Origin: a virus
Virus genome (UHGV): UHGV-0038496
Length of the DNA stretch: 64,000 nt
Strand: one strand, 5' to 3'
Positions 45,227-54,917 of this stretch are shown here, piece by piece. The notes beneath the pieces were generated by a model that saw only the letters and a list, made by a program, of their open reading frames with translations, was not told the origin of the DNA and ran no database searches. Each line of letters opens with the position of its first letter. Within the stretch, counting starts at the first letter, position 1. Made by a program: the position numbers and the translations under genes.

Positions 45227-47829
45227 ATATACAAGTTGCGATATTGAGCGTAAAGGCCCAGACCTCTCAGTATTTCACCGGAGTGGAAACCTACAGGATC
45301 TGAGTTAGCCCAACAGCCGTTAAGGATATTAGTGCCATTGACAAAATAATGTCTCTGTAAGTCATTCATGCAGGCTTCAACTACTGGGTCAATCTGTGCC
45401 CATGTGTAACCTGCCAAACCTGCATAACAACAACCAGCTAACCATTCAGCGGTGATCCATTGTCTGTCACCTCTGTCCTGATTGGAATAGCCACCTGTCG
45501 TACTGAAATCTGTGGGTAATCTGCCACCATTCGCTGACTGGAATCTGTTCAGGAAAGCAATCCATTTCTGGCAATACTGTTCCAGACGTTCATCCACAGG
45601 TTTTTTATTTTTCTTCAATTCGTAAAGTGCTCTGCAACCAGCAAGGAATGCTCTGCTTTGCATTTTAGAATTGTCCAGCATCATGAACCCACCAATCAGG
45701 CTACCTTTCTGCCAGTTGTAAGCTGTGTAGACAGGACCTTCTGTGCGAAATACGACTGAATATTGCTGCTGAGCATCATACAGGAATTTAACACAGTTAG
45801 TAAGCTCTGCAAGATCTGTAGGTTCTTCACCCATACAGAATACCGCAGGGTACTGTTCGCCAGCTACCGGATAGGCAGGTCTTTCTTCCAGCAAATAATT
45901 GTCTGGATCAGCAACCTTACCTGTAGGCCATGCCCCTGGTGCATAGTTCAGGCTGTCAAATTTGTAATCTGCGACATAGCAATCACCAAGTTTAGCAGTT
46001 GCTGCCACACGGGATGCGAGATGCATTGAGAATCTTACGATGTAAACATCACCTACAAAGTTAAAGAACTCTGGTAAATTGTTTACACAATATAGATTGA
46101 AAATGCCATCGCCAATCTTAGTAGTTGCCAGCTTAATGGTGATCTGAGTCACCTCTTTCAGGTTGGCAAAGAACGGTTTCACTTCATCAGCAGTGTGATT
46201 AGGCTGCGTAGTTTCAAGCAGAAAATCACCAATTGACAAGTTTTCAGTGACCCAGTTTGCACCTGTGCCATGTAGATCAGTATACCATAACCAGCCATCT
46301 TTATCAAGGAAATTAATCCTGACAATATCTGCTGTGCATTGATAAGTAATGGAACGCAGTGCTCTCGTGCCATTAAAATCAAAAACAACCTGACCGCTTG
46401 AGATATTCAACGAAGCGTAGTTATCGCTGTGGCCTAGCAAGGTACTGGAGTAGCCCATGCTCAGAACAGCACCACCACTGGCTGTTAATCTTTCTTCTTT
46501 TGGCAGAAGATAGGATTCACCGAACTCTGGAGATACCCTTACGAAGTCGCGGATCTCAAAAGTGTTGGTCTGCATACCTGTTCCACCGAACGGAACACCA
46601 ACACGGTACTCTATGTTTTTACCATAACCATCATCAATGGTGAAATATGGCTGGAACAGAACATTATCACCACCGAATTCGATTACTATGGCAGAATCCC
46701 TGTTCACTTTATACGTAAGACCGCGTTGAACAACTTCACAAGGTTTACGTGCCCCCATACCAATGTTGATATAACCTTCGGCATCACGGGTGAGTGTAGG
46801 TCTGTTACCTGTGATTGTCACATTACCATCTGCAAAAGGCGCTCTAATCTCCGTGGTGCGTCTGCAAATCATATCATAGGCATTTGGGTTACAGTACGCT
46901 AATAGCTCGCTGTGGGCCTTCTTATAGGCCTCAAAATACTTGCTTTCGTAAGTGATCGAATAAAGTGCATAGCAAGCATCACACCACATTGCCAGTGCGT
47001 CAACAGGTTCTGGCTGATCAGGTGCTGTCACGTTGCATGGAGAAGTGATCACCGGATCATAGCGTTTGATCTCTTTACCGCCCTGTGCAACAGGTAGACG
47101 TACTGCATAGTTTAATTTGTGTGTGCCGTTAACCGAAGTGCTGGCTAACTGAACAGTACCGTACTCAGAAGCAGCATGTCCTGTATCAGCGATAGTGCCG
47201 TTGGCCCAGTAACGATTACCATCCCAGGCTATGTACCAATCAACAGGGTATTTCGTACCAGATGCATACCAGTTCGGAGCAGCATCTGTACCTGCATACA
47301 CATCAGAATTCATAGAATTACGACCTAAAGCACCATCGTAGGCCATAACTGCAACATCAAGATACTCACCCCAGGTAGGTGAGCCAGAGGGAATTTTAGC
47401 TCTCCCTTTGCTGAAAGAGATGTTCACCCCTTTAAAACCACCATGTTGTGGAATACCGTCATCTGTTAATGGGTAGTGGGAAATACGATTGCATTTTCCT
47501 TCTACTGCAAAGTTACCTGTTAAATGTTTATCATAAGCATCCCAGCAGGCTTTTGCTCTGGCTAACCAGAACTCATCCTCTGTTGCTCTGTATACCTCTA
47601 CGTAACCCAGGATCAACACAGCCTGAGCCTCTGGAGTCGTCCAGTCATTGTTGATAGTGGAACCCTTCCAACCGCTGGCGATCAGATGTTCAGGATCAAC
47701 AAGAAAGTTCTGACTATTCGGGCTAACTGTAAGGCCAGTGTTTTTATCGAGGCACGTCCTGTGCCCCTCTATCATCTGGTATACGTTATCAATGCCGTGT
47801 TGAATACGCATATTACCTAGCTCCTGCAA
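45223..47829 (-). CDS. large tail / baseplate-associated protein (868 aa)
   Basis: Position in the structural operon, overlapping the giant fibre gene start; no family assigned. Confidence 0.4.
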   Translation of the reverse strand: MQELGNMRIQHGIDNVYQMIEGHRTCLDKNTGLTVSPNSQNFLVDPEHLIASGWKGSTINNDWTTPEAQAVLILGYVEVYRATEDEFWLARAKACWDAYDKHLTGNFAVEGKCNRISHYPLTDDGIPQHGGFKGVNISFSKGRAKIPSGSPTWGEYLDVAVMAYDGALGRNSMNSDVYAGTDAAPNWYASGTKYPVDWYIAWDGNRYWANGTIADTGHAASEYGTVQLASTSVNGTHKLNYAVRLPVAQGGKEIKRYDPVITSPCNVTAPDQPEPVDALAMWCDACYALYSITYESKYFEAYKKAHSELLAYCNPNAYDMICRRTTEIRAPFADGNVTITGNRPTLTRDAEGYINIGMGARKPCEVVQRGLTYKVNRDSAIVIEFGGDNVLFQPYFTIDDGYGKNIEYRVGVPFGGTGMQTNTFEIRDFVRVSPEFGESYLLPKEERLTASGGAVLSMGYSSTLLGHSDNYASLNISSGQVVFDFNGTRALRSITYQCTADIVRINFLDKDGWLWYTDLHGTGANWVTENLSIGDFLLETTQPNHTADEVKPFFANLKEVTQITIKLATTKIGDGIFNLYCVNNLPEFFNFVGDVYIVRFSMHLASRVAATAKLGDCYVADYKFDSLNYAPGAWPTGKVADPDNYLLEERPAYPVAGEQYPAVFCMGEEPTDLAELTNCVKFLYDAQQQYSVVFRTEGPVYTAYNWQKGSLIGGFMMLDNSKMQSRAFLAGCRALYELKKNKKPVDERLEQYCQKWIAFLNRFQSANGGRLPTDFSTTGGYSNQDRGDRQWITAEWLAGCCYAGLAGYTWAQIDPVVEACMNDLQRHYFVNGTNILNGCWANSDPVGFHSGEILRGLGLYAQYRNLYI

Positions 47830-48481
47830 TGATTAGTGAGCCGTACCACGTTAATCCGTTATCATACGTCTCAAGTTTAAAAATGTCTGTAGCACCCTGG
47901 GTAAAGGTAAGAATAGGTTTTCTACCAAATGCCCAACGGATGTTATCAGGCCAGTAAATTTTACTGCCACCTGCGGTCTGTGTGACTACAACCGTAACAG
48001 AACGTGCTGTACCTTCAACACCTTCTGTCTCATTGTCAAAGACTAATGTGGTGTCAGTAGTCAGGCGAACAATGAAAGTATCTGCAACTTTAAGGTCAAG
48101 TTCCAGTGTACCACCAATGGCACCATAGTCAATTATGCCACCAGAAGCAGTTACCGGAAGTTCACCGAAGACTGCCCATGCACCAGCTCTCACACCACCA
48201 GCTCCTTCCAACGTGGAGTCCGGCAGGATTACTTTCGGATACTCGCCGTTCCAGGTGTAGTAGCGGTTAGTCTCAGTATCATAGGCAAGGTCTTTTTTGC
48301 TATCTAAATGACCACCTTCGTTAAAATAGACAATCTTCGCAATGCCGATATCATTCAGCATATCATTAATTTTGGCCTTACGTGTGCCATCTGACTGGTT
48401 GACAACTAAGAAGTCATCTGTCAATACTGTAGACACATCATCAAGGTCTGGGATAGGAATTGTAGGATAAGCTACAGCCAT
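47813..48481 (-). CDS. hypothetical tail / baseplate protein
   Basis: 222-aa ORF in the structural operon. Confidence 0.4.
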   Translation of the reverse strand: MAVAYPTIPIPDLDDVSTVLTDDFLVVNQSDGTRKAKINDMLNDIGIAKIVYFNEGGHLDSKKDLAYDTETNRYYTWNGEYPKVILPDSTLEGAGGVRAGAWAVFGELPVTASGGIIDYGAIGGTLELDLKVADTFIVRLTTDTTLVFDNETEGVEGTARSVTVVVTQTAGGSKIYWPDNIRWAFGRKPILTFTQGATDIFKLETYDNGLTWYGSLIIAGAR

Positions 48482-48491
48482 AAGATCTCCA

Positions 48492-49256
48492 TTAGTTCAC
48501 ATCAATACCACGGTCAGATTGGTTAGCGATAGCTTCGCCATCTGTTGTCGAAATAACACCAGAAAATTCACGTTCATCAACAACAGTTTTGAAATTGTTT
48601 CTGTTGATCGTTTGATCAGCATCCGTAAGCAGCAGGTCTTTGTTCTGTGCAAGCAGAGAACCAACTGGGATTGGGTTTTCCATTTCAGGACCAGACCATT
48701 CGCTCCACCATGTAGCATCACCAGTACGCGGTAGACGGAAGTTGATCAGATAGTAAAGTTTGTTAGCCCACTTGATCCAACCATCGTCATCACACAGGGA
48801 TGTAGAGCCAGCTTCTGGTTGTGGGTATTCAAACTGGTCGAAGCCTATGAATGCAATCCTGACGATCTCATTCTCTTTGGTAACCACCTCAAAGAATGCC
48901 TGATAGGTACGGGATCTGCGATCCATTGTGGATTCGAAGTTAATAATGTTCAAAACATCCGGTTCTTCACGGGCAATGGAACGAATCTTGTTATCAAGAA
49001 TGGTTTTCATTACCTTTTTGCCAATGTAATCGAGATATGGGAAACCGAACGTCTCGTCCCAATACCACGACCCTTTCCATGTGTTGAACCTCATCCAAAG
49101 CCTTTGTCGTAGGCTTATCTGGTTTGACTCTATCACCTGAAGACCAGAACGTATGTCCAGGTCCCCCGTAACAGGGTCCATTAAGAAATCTGAATACAGT
49201 GTTGACATTTCTTCTCCTGTTAACCGGGTGTAGAAGTGCGACCGCCATGAGGACAA
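48492..49256 (-). CDS. hypothetical tail / baseplate protein
   Basis: 254-aa ORF in the structural operon. Confidence 0.4.
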   Translation of the reverse strand: MSSWRSHFYTRLTGEEMSTLYSDFLMDPVTGDLDIRSGLQVIESNQISLRQRLWMRFNTWKGSWYWDETFGFPYLDYIGKKVMKTILDNKIRSIAREEPDVLNIINFESTMDRRSRTYQAFFEVVTKENEIVRIAFIGFDQFEYPQPEAGSTSLCDDDGWIKWANKLYYLINFRLPRTGDATWWSEWSGPEMENPIPVGSLLAQNKDLLLTDADQTINRNNFKTVVDEREFSGVISTTDGEAIANQSDRGIDVN

Positions 49257-49903
49257 GCATAAGTGTGGGCTTTGTATTCCTGATAGAAACTATCAAGGTC
49301 AACGCCGTTGGCAGTGATCATTCTCCCTTCAGGAGTGACCTTTGCCCCATTCATCACGATGTTACCATCTGTCTTAGCAGTCAGGCTTGCTGCCCCGTTG
49401 TTGAAGCTAAACTCACCAGATTGATCCACAACCAAAGTACCAGCCGGAGTCTGCAATGTAAAGTCTCCGTTCGGTGTCATTGTGAAATGCACTTGGTCAT
49501 TATACAGCTCAACGTTCTCCGGGTCAATAGGCATTGCATTACCATCTGAATGGACAGAAGTAATCGCCCATCCAGGGAACAGGCCATGAGTTTGCATATC
49601 GTCGTTGTTGTTCTCATTACGTTCAGAGAACTGCAAACCAACGATATCCCCAGGCTTGATTGGTAACGTCAGCCTTGCCTTACCACCATTGGCAGATACC
49701 ATTTGAAGCGGAACATCGTAAATCAGTGGAAAGCGATCCACATCGTCATCTTCAAAATATGTCTCAGCCAGAGGCTGGACAGAAGCAGAAGGAATGGAGT
49801 AGTCCACAGAGACAACTCTTGCTCTCACAGAAGTGTGAAAGCCTCGCATCGTCTCCTCGATGAAACTACGAAACGCTGCATCTTTTCTGGCAAGTGTTCC
49901 CAT
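49220..49903 (-). CDS. putative baseplate spike / assembly protein V-like
   Basis: 227 aa with a beta-rich repetitive C-terminal half, in the position of P2 gpV / Mu gp45-type spikes. Confidence 0.4.
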   Translation of the reverse strand: MGTLARKDAAFRSFIEETMRGFHTSVRARVVSVDYSIPSASVQPLAETYFEDDDVDRFPLIYDVPLQMVSANGGKARLTLPIKPGDIVGLQFSERNENNNDDMQTHGLFPGWAITSVHSDGNAMPIDPENVELYNDQVHFTMTPNGDFTLQTPAGTLVVDQSGEFSFNNGAASLTAKTDGNIVMNGAKVTPEGRMITANGVDLDSFYQEYKAHTYACPHGGRTSTPG

Positions 49904-50568
49904 TATTCCTCCTGACTGTCATCAACTAGTAGAGAATCTCTGTAAGAAATTGCGTCAGATAGGTCTTTAAACTGCCTTCTTCTCTTCCCCGGAACTTGAA
50001 CTCTCCACCTGCCACGTTCTTTAGCAAAACGGATATATTTTTCTCCAGACAGATTATCAGACCTTGCTCTTACCTTAATCTTAGGTGCTATACCTGAGGC
50101 AATATCCTCCTCCGCTCGTTCCCTGGCCTCCACAGCTTCTTCAAAAGTATCAAAACTTCCAAGGCTATATTTATGGTTACCATGCACTACCGCTGCTTTC
50201 CACTTGTGCTTAGTATTGCAATAGTGGACACCCGCGACACCTGAAGTGTTATTAATATTTAAATTTTTTCTTTTAATACAAGAGGTGTTCACAGCAGGTG
50301 TGACCAGCTCTAAATTCTCAATGCGGTCATCCCCCCGAATGCCGTTTATGTGGTTAATAACCAACCCTTCTGGGATAGGGCCATTGAACATTTCCCAGAC
50401 AACCCTATGTCTGTAGAAACGTTCATGACCTACACCAACATGCCAGTACCCGTGCCCCGAATCGCACCCAACTTTTGCCCCTGTGTAATGCCCGTTGCGG
50501 CTGGTTTTCCAGAACAACTCCCCATCTACATATAGAAAATGCTCATGAAAATTAATCATCGCTTCCAT
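49903..50568 (-). CDS. free-standing HNH homing endonuclease with AP2-type DNA-binding domain
   Basis: HNH_3 motif LVINHINGIRGDDRIENLELVTPAVN; AP2-like SGVAGVHYCNTKHKWKAAVVHGNHKYSLGSFDTFEEAVEARERA; likely start is the second ATG at 50559 (RBS GAGGA); overlaps both neighbours. Confidence 0.75.
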   Translation of the reverse strand: MEAMINFHEHFLYVDGELFWKTSRNGHYTGAKVGCDSGHGYWHVGVGHERFYRHRVVWEMFNGPIPEGLVINHINGIRGDDRIENLELVTPAVNTSCIKRKNLNINNTSGVAGVHYCNTKHKWKAAVVHGNHKYSLGSFDTFEEAVEARERAEEDIASGIAPKIKVRARSDNLSGEKYIRFAKERGRWRVQVPGKRRRQFKDLSDAISYRDSLLVDDSQEE

Positions 50569-51601
50569 CCTCTATAACACCAGCGTAACACTCCCCAAGG
50601 CCCAATTCTGTAATCCAATCACCTCCTTCAACTTGCCCTTTGTGGTGAACTGTAATCACTTTGTAGAAGCCTGTGTACCGTCTACTTTTCAGGTAGATTG
50701 TTGATTCAGGGATAATTGCACCATTCAGCACCGTGGTCACCGTCAGGCCAACATCCTCTTTTGGATTTTTCTTTTTCTTTTTCTTACCAGTTACACCAGC
50801 TTGTTCATCTGTGATCGGGCTTTTACCTTCTTTGCCACCACCTTTGGCAGCAGCTTTTGCTTTACGTTTTTTAGCAGGTTCTGGGTTCTTAGGTGTGGGA
50901 GAACCGTGCATACCAGTCTCTGCACTGATCTCGTAGACTGAATCTTTAAACCGTTTACCAGTCTTAGTCCAGTAGACTGCGCCATCCTGAACGCTGAAAT
51001 TAGAGTTGGTAAGACGTGCAAACTTCCTAAGGTTCTCAGCCGTGTTGCCGGAGAAAGCCATAGAATATTGCAAAGTCTGATTCCCGAACTTAACCACACG
51101 TCCACGGGGCAGGTTCATATCGTTCAAAAGATCATTCAACACCGTATCCATCGGAGTACCTTTGGCATACGATCTTGTTGTCTGGCATTTGATAATGTTC
51201 TCTGTACCATCACCGAAGATCAGTTTAGTCTTACGGGTTGGACCATCCCACGTATCTTCCACAAACTCAACTGTGCCGGAGAAGATAACCTGGTTATCGT
51301 TATCATAGCCTGCTTCAAGCAGAACAGCAACGGCATCTGCTTGATGGGCATCAAGATAGTTCACTGTATCATCTGACAAGTTGTAGACAATCACATAGCC
51401 TTTGTTTGGCTCTTTGGAATTATCTTTCTGCAAATCAAACTCGATGTTGGCGAATCCGGTATCGGAGCTGATCTCATAGACACCGGAATCTGATTCACTA
51501 CGCTTTTGAACTGCTTTCGGGATATCCACCTTCGTTTTCCCTTTAGCGACCACACATCTACCGAAGAGTAATCGCCAGGTTCTGTGTCTGTACTCAGCCA
51601 T
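50552..51601 (-). CDS. putative baseplate hub / tail protein with poly-Lys tract
   Basis: 349 aa; position after tape measure and two small tail genes; internal KKRKAKAAAKGGGKEGK...GKKKKKKNPKED. Confidence 0.4.
   Translation of the reverse strand: MAEYRHRTWRLLFGRCVVAKGKTKVDIPKAVQKRSESDSGVYEISSDTGFANIEFDLQKDNSKEPNKGYVIVYNLSDDTVNYLDAHQADAVAVLLEAGYDNDNQVIFSGTVEFVEDTWDGPTRKTKLIFGDGTENIIKCQTTRSYAKGTPMDTVLNDLLNDMNLPRGRVVKFGNQTLQYSMAFSGNTAENLRKFARLTNSNFSVQDGAVYWTKTGKRFKDSVYEISAETGMHGSPTPKNPEPAKKRKAKAAAKGGGKEGKSPITDEQAGVTGKKKKKKNPKEDVGLTVTTVLNGAIIPESTIYLKSRRYTGFYKVITVHHKGQVEGGDWITELGLGECYAGVIEDGSDD
50755..50780 (-). repeat. homopolymer-rich simple repeat (CTTTTT)n encoding a poly-lysine tract
   Basis: Plus strand tttttctttttctttttctt inside the hub-like gene. 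Confidence 0.6.
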
Positions 51602-51604
51602 AAA

Positions 51605-51982
51605 TTACTCCATGTAGATTTCATCGTAGAGGCTTGCAGGTGTACCGTACACCAGTTGCAGCTCAGAACGTGCACCCATATTATAGCGACCACAGCGGCC
51701 CCAGAAAAGCTGATCCTTAAAACTCAGGACTATCAGCTTACCTTTTGGTAAGTCATCCCTGTAATGTAGGCCATCGAGAATGTCCTGGCAGGCGCAAACT
51801 TTTCGGCATACCAGAGGATCATCCCCTAATGCACCGAGAGATAACCACCAGGATTCATCCCTCTCATTCCATTGCAGTCGCATTTCGTAGGTTTCATTAT
51901 CAAGCACAACACGCATAGTTTGGTCTGCATATCCATCAATGTCCCACGTAAACGTGATGACACATACTTCTTTGATTTCCAT
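51605..51982 (-). CDS. hypothetical tail protein
   Basis: 125-aa ORF in the structural operon. Confidence 0.4.
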   Translation of the reverse strand: MEIKEVCVITFTWDIDGYADQTMRVVLDNETYEMRLQWNERDESWWLSLGALGDDPLVCRKVCACQDILDGLHYRDDLPKGKLIVLSFKDQLFWGRCGRYNMGARSELQLVYGTPASLYDEIYME

Positions 51983-51990
51983 ACGCCACC

Positions 51991-52875
51991 TTATTTGTTG
52001 TCATGCATGTAGTTATTTTGCTCAGAAGGAACGATTGTAGAGTTACCACCATATTCCTGACGATAGGCTTCCTGAACAGTCATACCAGAGTTTTTTAGCT
52101 GGATGTTTTTCTGTCCGTCCCACTTCTGTTTAGCATTGGTGTATGTCGTATCTGCATACGGACTGGCATTAGCAGAGTTACCAACGTTACTGTCCTTCGT
52201 GCAATCGTTAACCGCACCTTTCTGTTTTGATTTATCAACCTTTTTAGGATTTGTGTAGACAGTAGCATTGACCATCTTGTTGAGGACGAAAGTTCTGAAC
52301 TCTGTCAGCTCAACATCGAACACCAAAGCAGCACCTTCACCTGTGCTTTTCTTCGCACTACATTTGGTAACTATGTAGTTTTCAAGGATAGCTTCCTCGG
52401 TTACCAACGTAACCAATTGTCTTCTCTTGATAACTTCACCCATTGCCTGTAATGCAGCTTCAGGCCTTGCAGAGTCTGCTGGTCTTTGTGGGTCAGTGTT
52501 TCTGTCAATGTAGTTTTGTTCGTACACTATGTGTGGTGAAGTATTCACCCTACCTGTGAAGGAGAATACTGCATCCTTGATCACTGCGTGATCCGAAATC
52601 GTAACACGGTCTTCGACCGCAAACTGTGTTTTATCAACACTTCTGTCGAAAGTATAATTCTCAATCTGGTCAAATATGATAGCGATATCGTTGGTGAAGT
52701 TTTTACCCTTCAACTCAATGTTACGACCACCATAATTCAAGCCGCTGATGAACAAAGTAAACTGTACGTCCTCTGTCTCTTTCTCAGCTTCTTCTGCCTT
52801 CTCTGACCTGACCAGCTGAGGTTTATATAGGTCTTTTTCATCGACCACTTTTTCTACACCGGGTGTATATGGCAT
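51991..52875 (-). CDS. hypothetical tail protein
   Basis: 294-aa ORF; RBS GGAGAGG; first gene after the terminator-promoter pair downstream of the tape measure gene. Confidence 0.45.
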   Translation of the reverse strand: MPYTPGVEKVVDEKDLYKPQLVRSEKAEEAEKETEDVQFTLFISGLNYGGRNIELKGKNFTNDIAIIFDQIENYTFDRSVDKTQFAVEDRVTISDHAVIKDAVFSFTGRVNTSPHIVYEQNYIDRNTDPQRPADSARPEAALQAMGEVIKRRQLVTLVTEEAILENYIVTKCSAKKSTGEGAALVFDVELTEFRTFVLNKMVNATVYTNPKKVDKSKQKGAVNDCTKDSNVGNSANASPYADTTYTNAKQKWDGQKNIQLKNSGMTVQEAYRQEYGGNSTIVPSEQNNYMHDNK

Positions 52876-52909
52876 AACCTCTCCAGTTGCTAGTAGTCAC
52901 CATTTCATA

Positions 52910-52938
52910 ATTATACCATAGAAATGGGGTTTTTACAA
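52910..52938 (-). promoter_or_regulatory. sigma70-like promoter with extended -10 (TTGTAA, 17-nt spacer, TGG-TATAAT)
   Basis: Read on the minus strand: TTGTAA (rc of 52933-52938), 17 nt, TGGTATAAT (TATAAT = rc of 52910-52915). Confidence 0.55.
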
Positions 52939-52954
52939 GTTACATAAAAGAAAA

Positions 52955-52971
52955 GGGGCCGCGAAGGCCCC
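52955..52971 (-). terminator. rho-independent terminator after the tape measure gene
   Basis: GGGGCC-GCGAA-GGCCCC hairpin followed on the minus strand by TTTTCTTTTATG. Confidence 0.7.
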
Positions 52972-52979
52972 TTGAAAGG

Positions 52980-54088
52980 TTAGTTAGTAGGACTTGCAAA
53001 CAGGTTAATATCTTTCCAATTTTCCCATTCAAATCTTGCATCCAGCATTTCTTCGAACTGAGCAGCGTCAAACTCGATTGTAATTTTACCCTCACCAACT
53101 TCCAGAGGAATTGGAGGAATTTCGAAGGATGGTAACGGATCCAAAGGTGTACTTGGAGTTGGATTAGCTCTGTAGGTAATCGGGTTAAGCATACGGTAAT
53201 CCAGGCCAAGGAAAGATGAAATGCCGTTAACACCATCGACAAGCCACTGCGGATGTTTGGTCACGTCAGTTTCCTGGTGGTAGTTTTGCATCCAATCATC
53301 CAACATACCAGCACCTTCGTACCCCATGTAGCCCAGAGCTAATGGTCCTTTCCATTTCCACAGTCCACCAAGTAACCGTGCAAACAATCCTTTCTTAGCC
53401 ATGGCTGCTGCACCACCCGCAGCTGCACCACCTGCGGCGGCACCACCGAGAGCACCTGCAACACCTCCGGCAGCTTTAATCATACCCAGGGTTGCGGCAA
53501 CAGCTTTGACGATTCTCAGCAATTTCCATACGGCGTTAACAACAACTAAGATGGAGAAAGCATAGCCTACCCATTTAGCTTTGCTGAATGTTTCATCAAC
53601 AGTGTCACTTGTATCTTTGACTTCTTTTTTCAGCAGACCAAAGTGGTCTTTGACTTGCAACCACCAGATACGGATACTGACAATCGTGTTGTTCAATTCA
53701 CCAACAATGTCGTTCAGACCCTGGATAAATCCAGATACAAACTCACCAGCCTGCATGATCATTGGGGTGAATGTTTCTCCTGTGCGGATCAGGGTGTAAT
53801 AAAACTCGGTGAGTTCATCTGACCATGTGGTGAACAGTTTTTGTTTAGTCAATTCGATGAAAGTTTTCAAACGGTTTTCAGCCAGAACGTTAGATTTCTG
53901 CATACGTTCATAACCAGCAGCTGACGCTTCGTTCATGTACTTAGCAACGTATTTCATCATTTTGGCTGTTTTGACCTGGCCTTTCTGCATCATGTCCATG
54001 AATTGTTCCATAGACAGCTCAGACAGGTTGAAAGCCTCTTTTGTTGCTTTAATGAACGGCTCGTAAGCACCTGGCATTGCTTCAGCTA
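52980..54088 (-). CDS. tail tape measure protein, exon 2
   Basis: Track ORF is TTG-initiated with an in-frame stop just upstream at 54108-54110; contains a Gly/Ala-rich hydrophobic segment (GGVAGALGGAAAGGAAAGGAAAMAKKG) typical of tape measure proteins; predicted 3' splice site after G at 54089. Confidence 0.6.
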
Positions 54089-54917
54089 CCAATGTCCAGA
54101 CAGTTCGCTACGCTGTCCCGGTGTGCTAAGACACCCGCCACACATTTCTGTGTGGAGCAGACTATATCTTCTCTGGATAACCAGAGCCAACCATTTCAGA
54201 GGCGCTTGCCTCTTACACCGCTACACTCATCACGGTTAGTCGTTGAGCACATAACTTATAAATCTTTCAGCAGTTTAGACCATGCTTTCTTAGTCTTGAT
54301 TCGAACAATTGCTGATCTGCAAGCACCAAATTCTTCCATCAAATCTGTTGTATTCTCAAACCGCCTGTTATAAATTTCGATAACCTCTTCTGCTGTGAGC
54401 TTATGATTGGCATTTGACTCACCAGAGGCATCATTCAGGCCATTTGCAAAAGCATGTTTCTGATTGCCAGATCGAGTAACATACTCCAGATTATCTTTAT
54501 GGTTGTTTGCTTTATTACCGTCCTTATGGTTAACTTCCATCCCAGGTTGTGGAGGTTCACCAAGGAAAGTAAGGGCAACTATTCTGTGAACAAGATACAA
54601 CACACATTTGCCGTTTACCCGAAAGTAAACGCGTTTGTAACCATTGTGTATTGTCTGCTCAGTCAACTGCTTCCGTGTGTTTCTTCTTGTAGAGAATATT
54701 GCACCGTCCTCTCTACAGAAGTACCCATCGTGACCAGGAACTGGTCGGATTTCTAAGTTACTTCGCTGCGGATTATCCATTGTTACATCCTCCAAACTTT
54801 TTACCATACCCCGAGTAGTTACTTCGGGCCATAAACATGTTACCACATTTATTTGGTATTTGGAAGGCTTTAGGAGCTTCCCGCAATTAGGTTGGTTTTA
54901 TAACAGCTAGTATGTCA
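54089..54917 (-). mobile_element. group I intron (about 0.83 kb) in the tape measure gene, carrying an HNH ORF
   Basis: Read on the minus strand: P-like AATTGCGGGAAGC (rc of 54876-54888), Q AATCCGCAGC (rc of 54765-54774), R-like TCAACGACTAA (rc of 54236-54246), S AAGATATAGTCT (rc of 54159-54170). Candidate P1: exon AACAGU pairs with intron GCUGUU, with U-G at the splice site. Intron 3' end GGACAUUGG is homologous to the polymerase intron 3' end GAACAUGUG. Boundaries predicted only. Confidence 0.65.
54256..54780 (-). CDS. intron-encoded HNH homing endonuclease (paralogue of the 1250..1756 product)
   Basis: HNH_3 motif VHRIVALTF...VNHKDGNKANNHKDNLEYVT...NQKHA; shared LTAEEVIEI block; start taken as ATG at 54778-54780 with RBS GGAGGA (track ORF extends upstream to 54846). 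Confidence 0.8.
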   Translation of the reverse strand: MDNPQRSNLEIRPVPGHDGYFCREDGAIFSTRRNTRKQLTEQTIHNGYKRVYFRVNGKCVLYLVHRIVALTFLGEPPQPGMEVNHKDGNKANNHKDNLEYVTRSGNQKHAFANGLNDASGESNANHKLTAEEVIEIYNRRFENTTDLMEEFGACRSAIVRIKTKKAWSKLLKDL

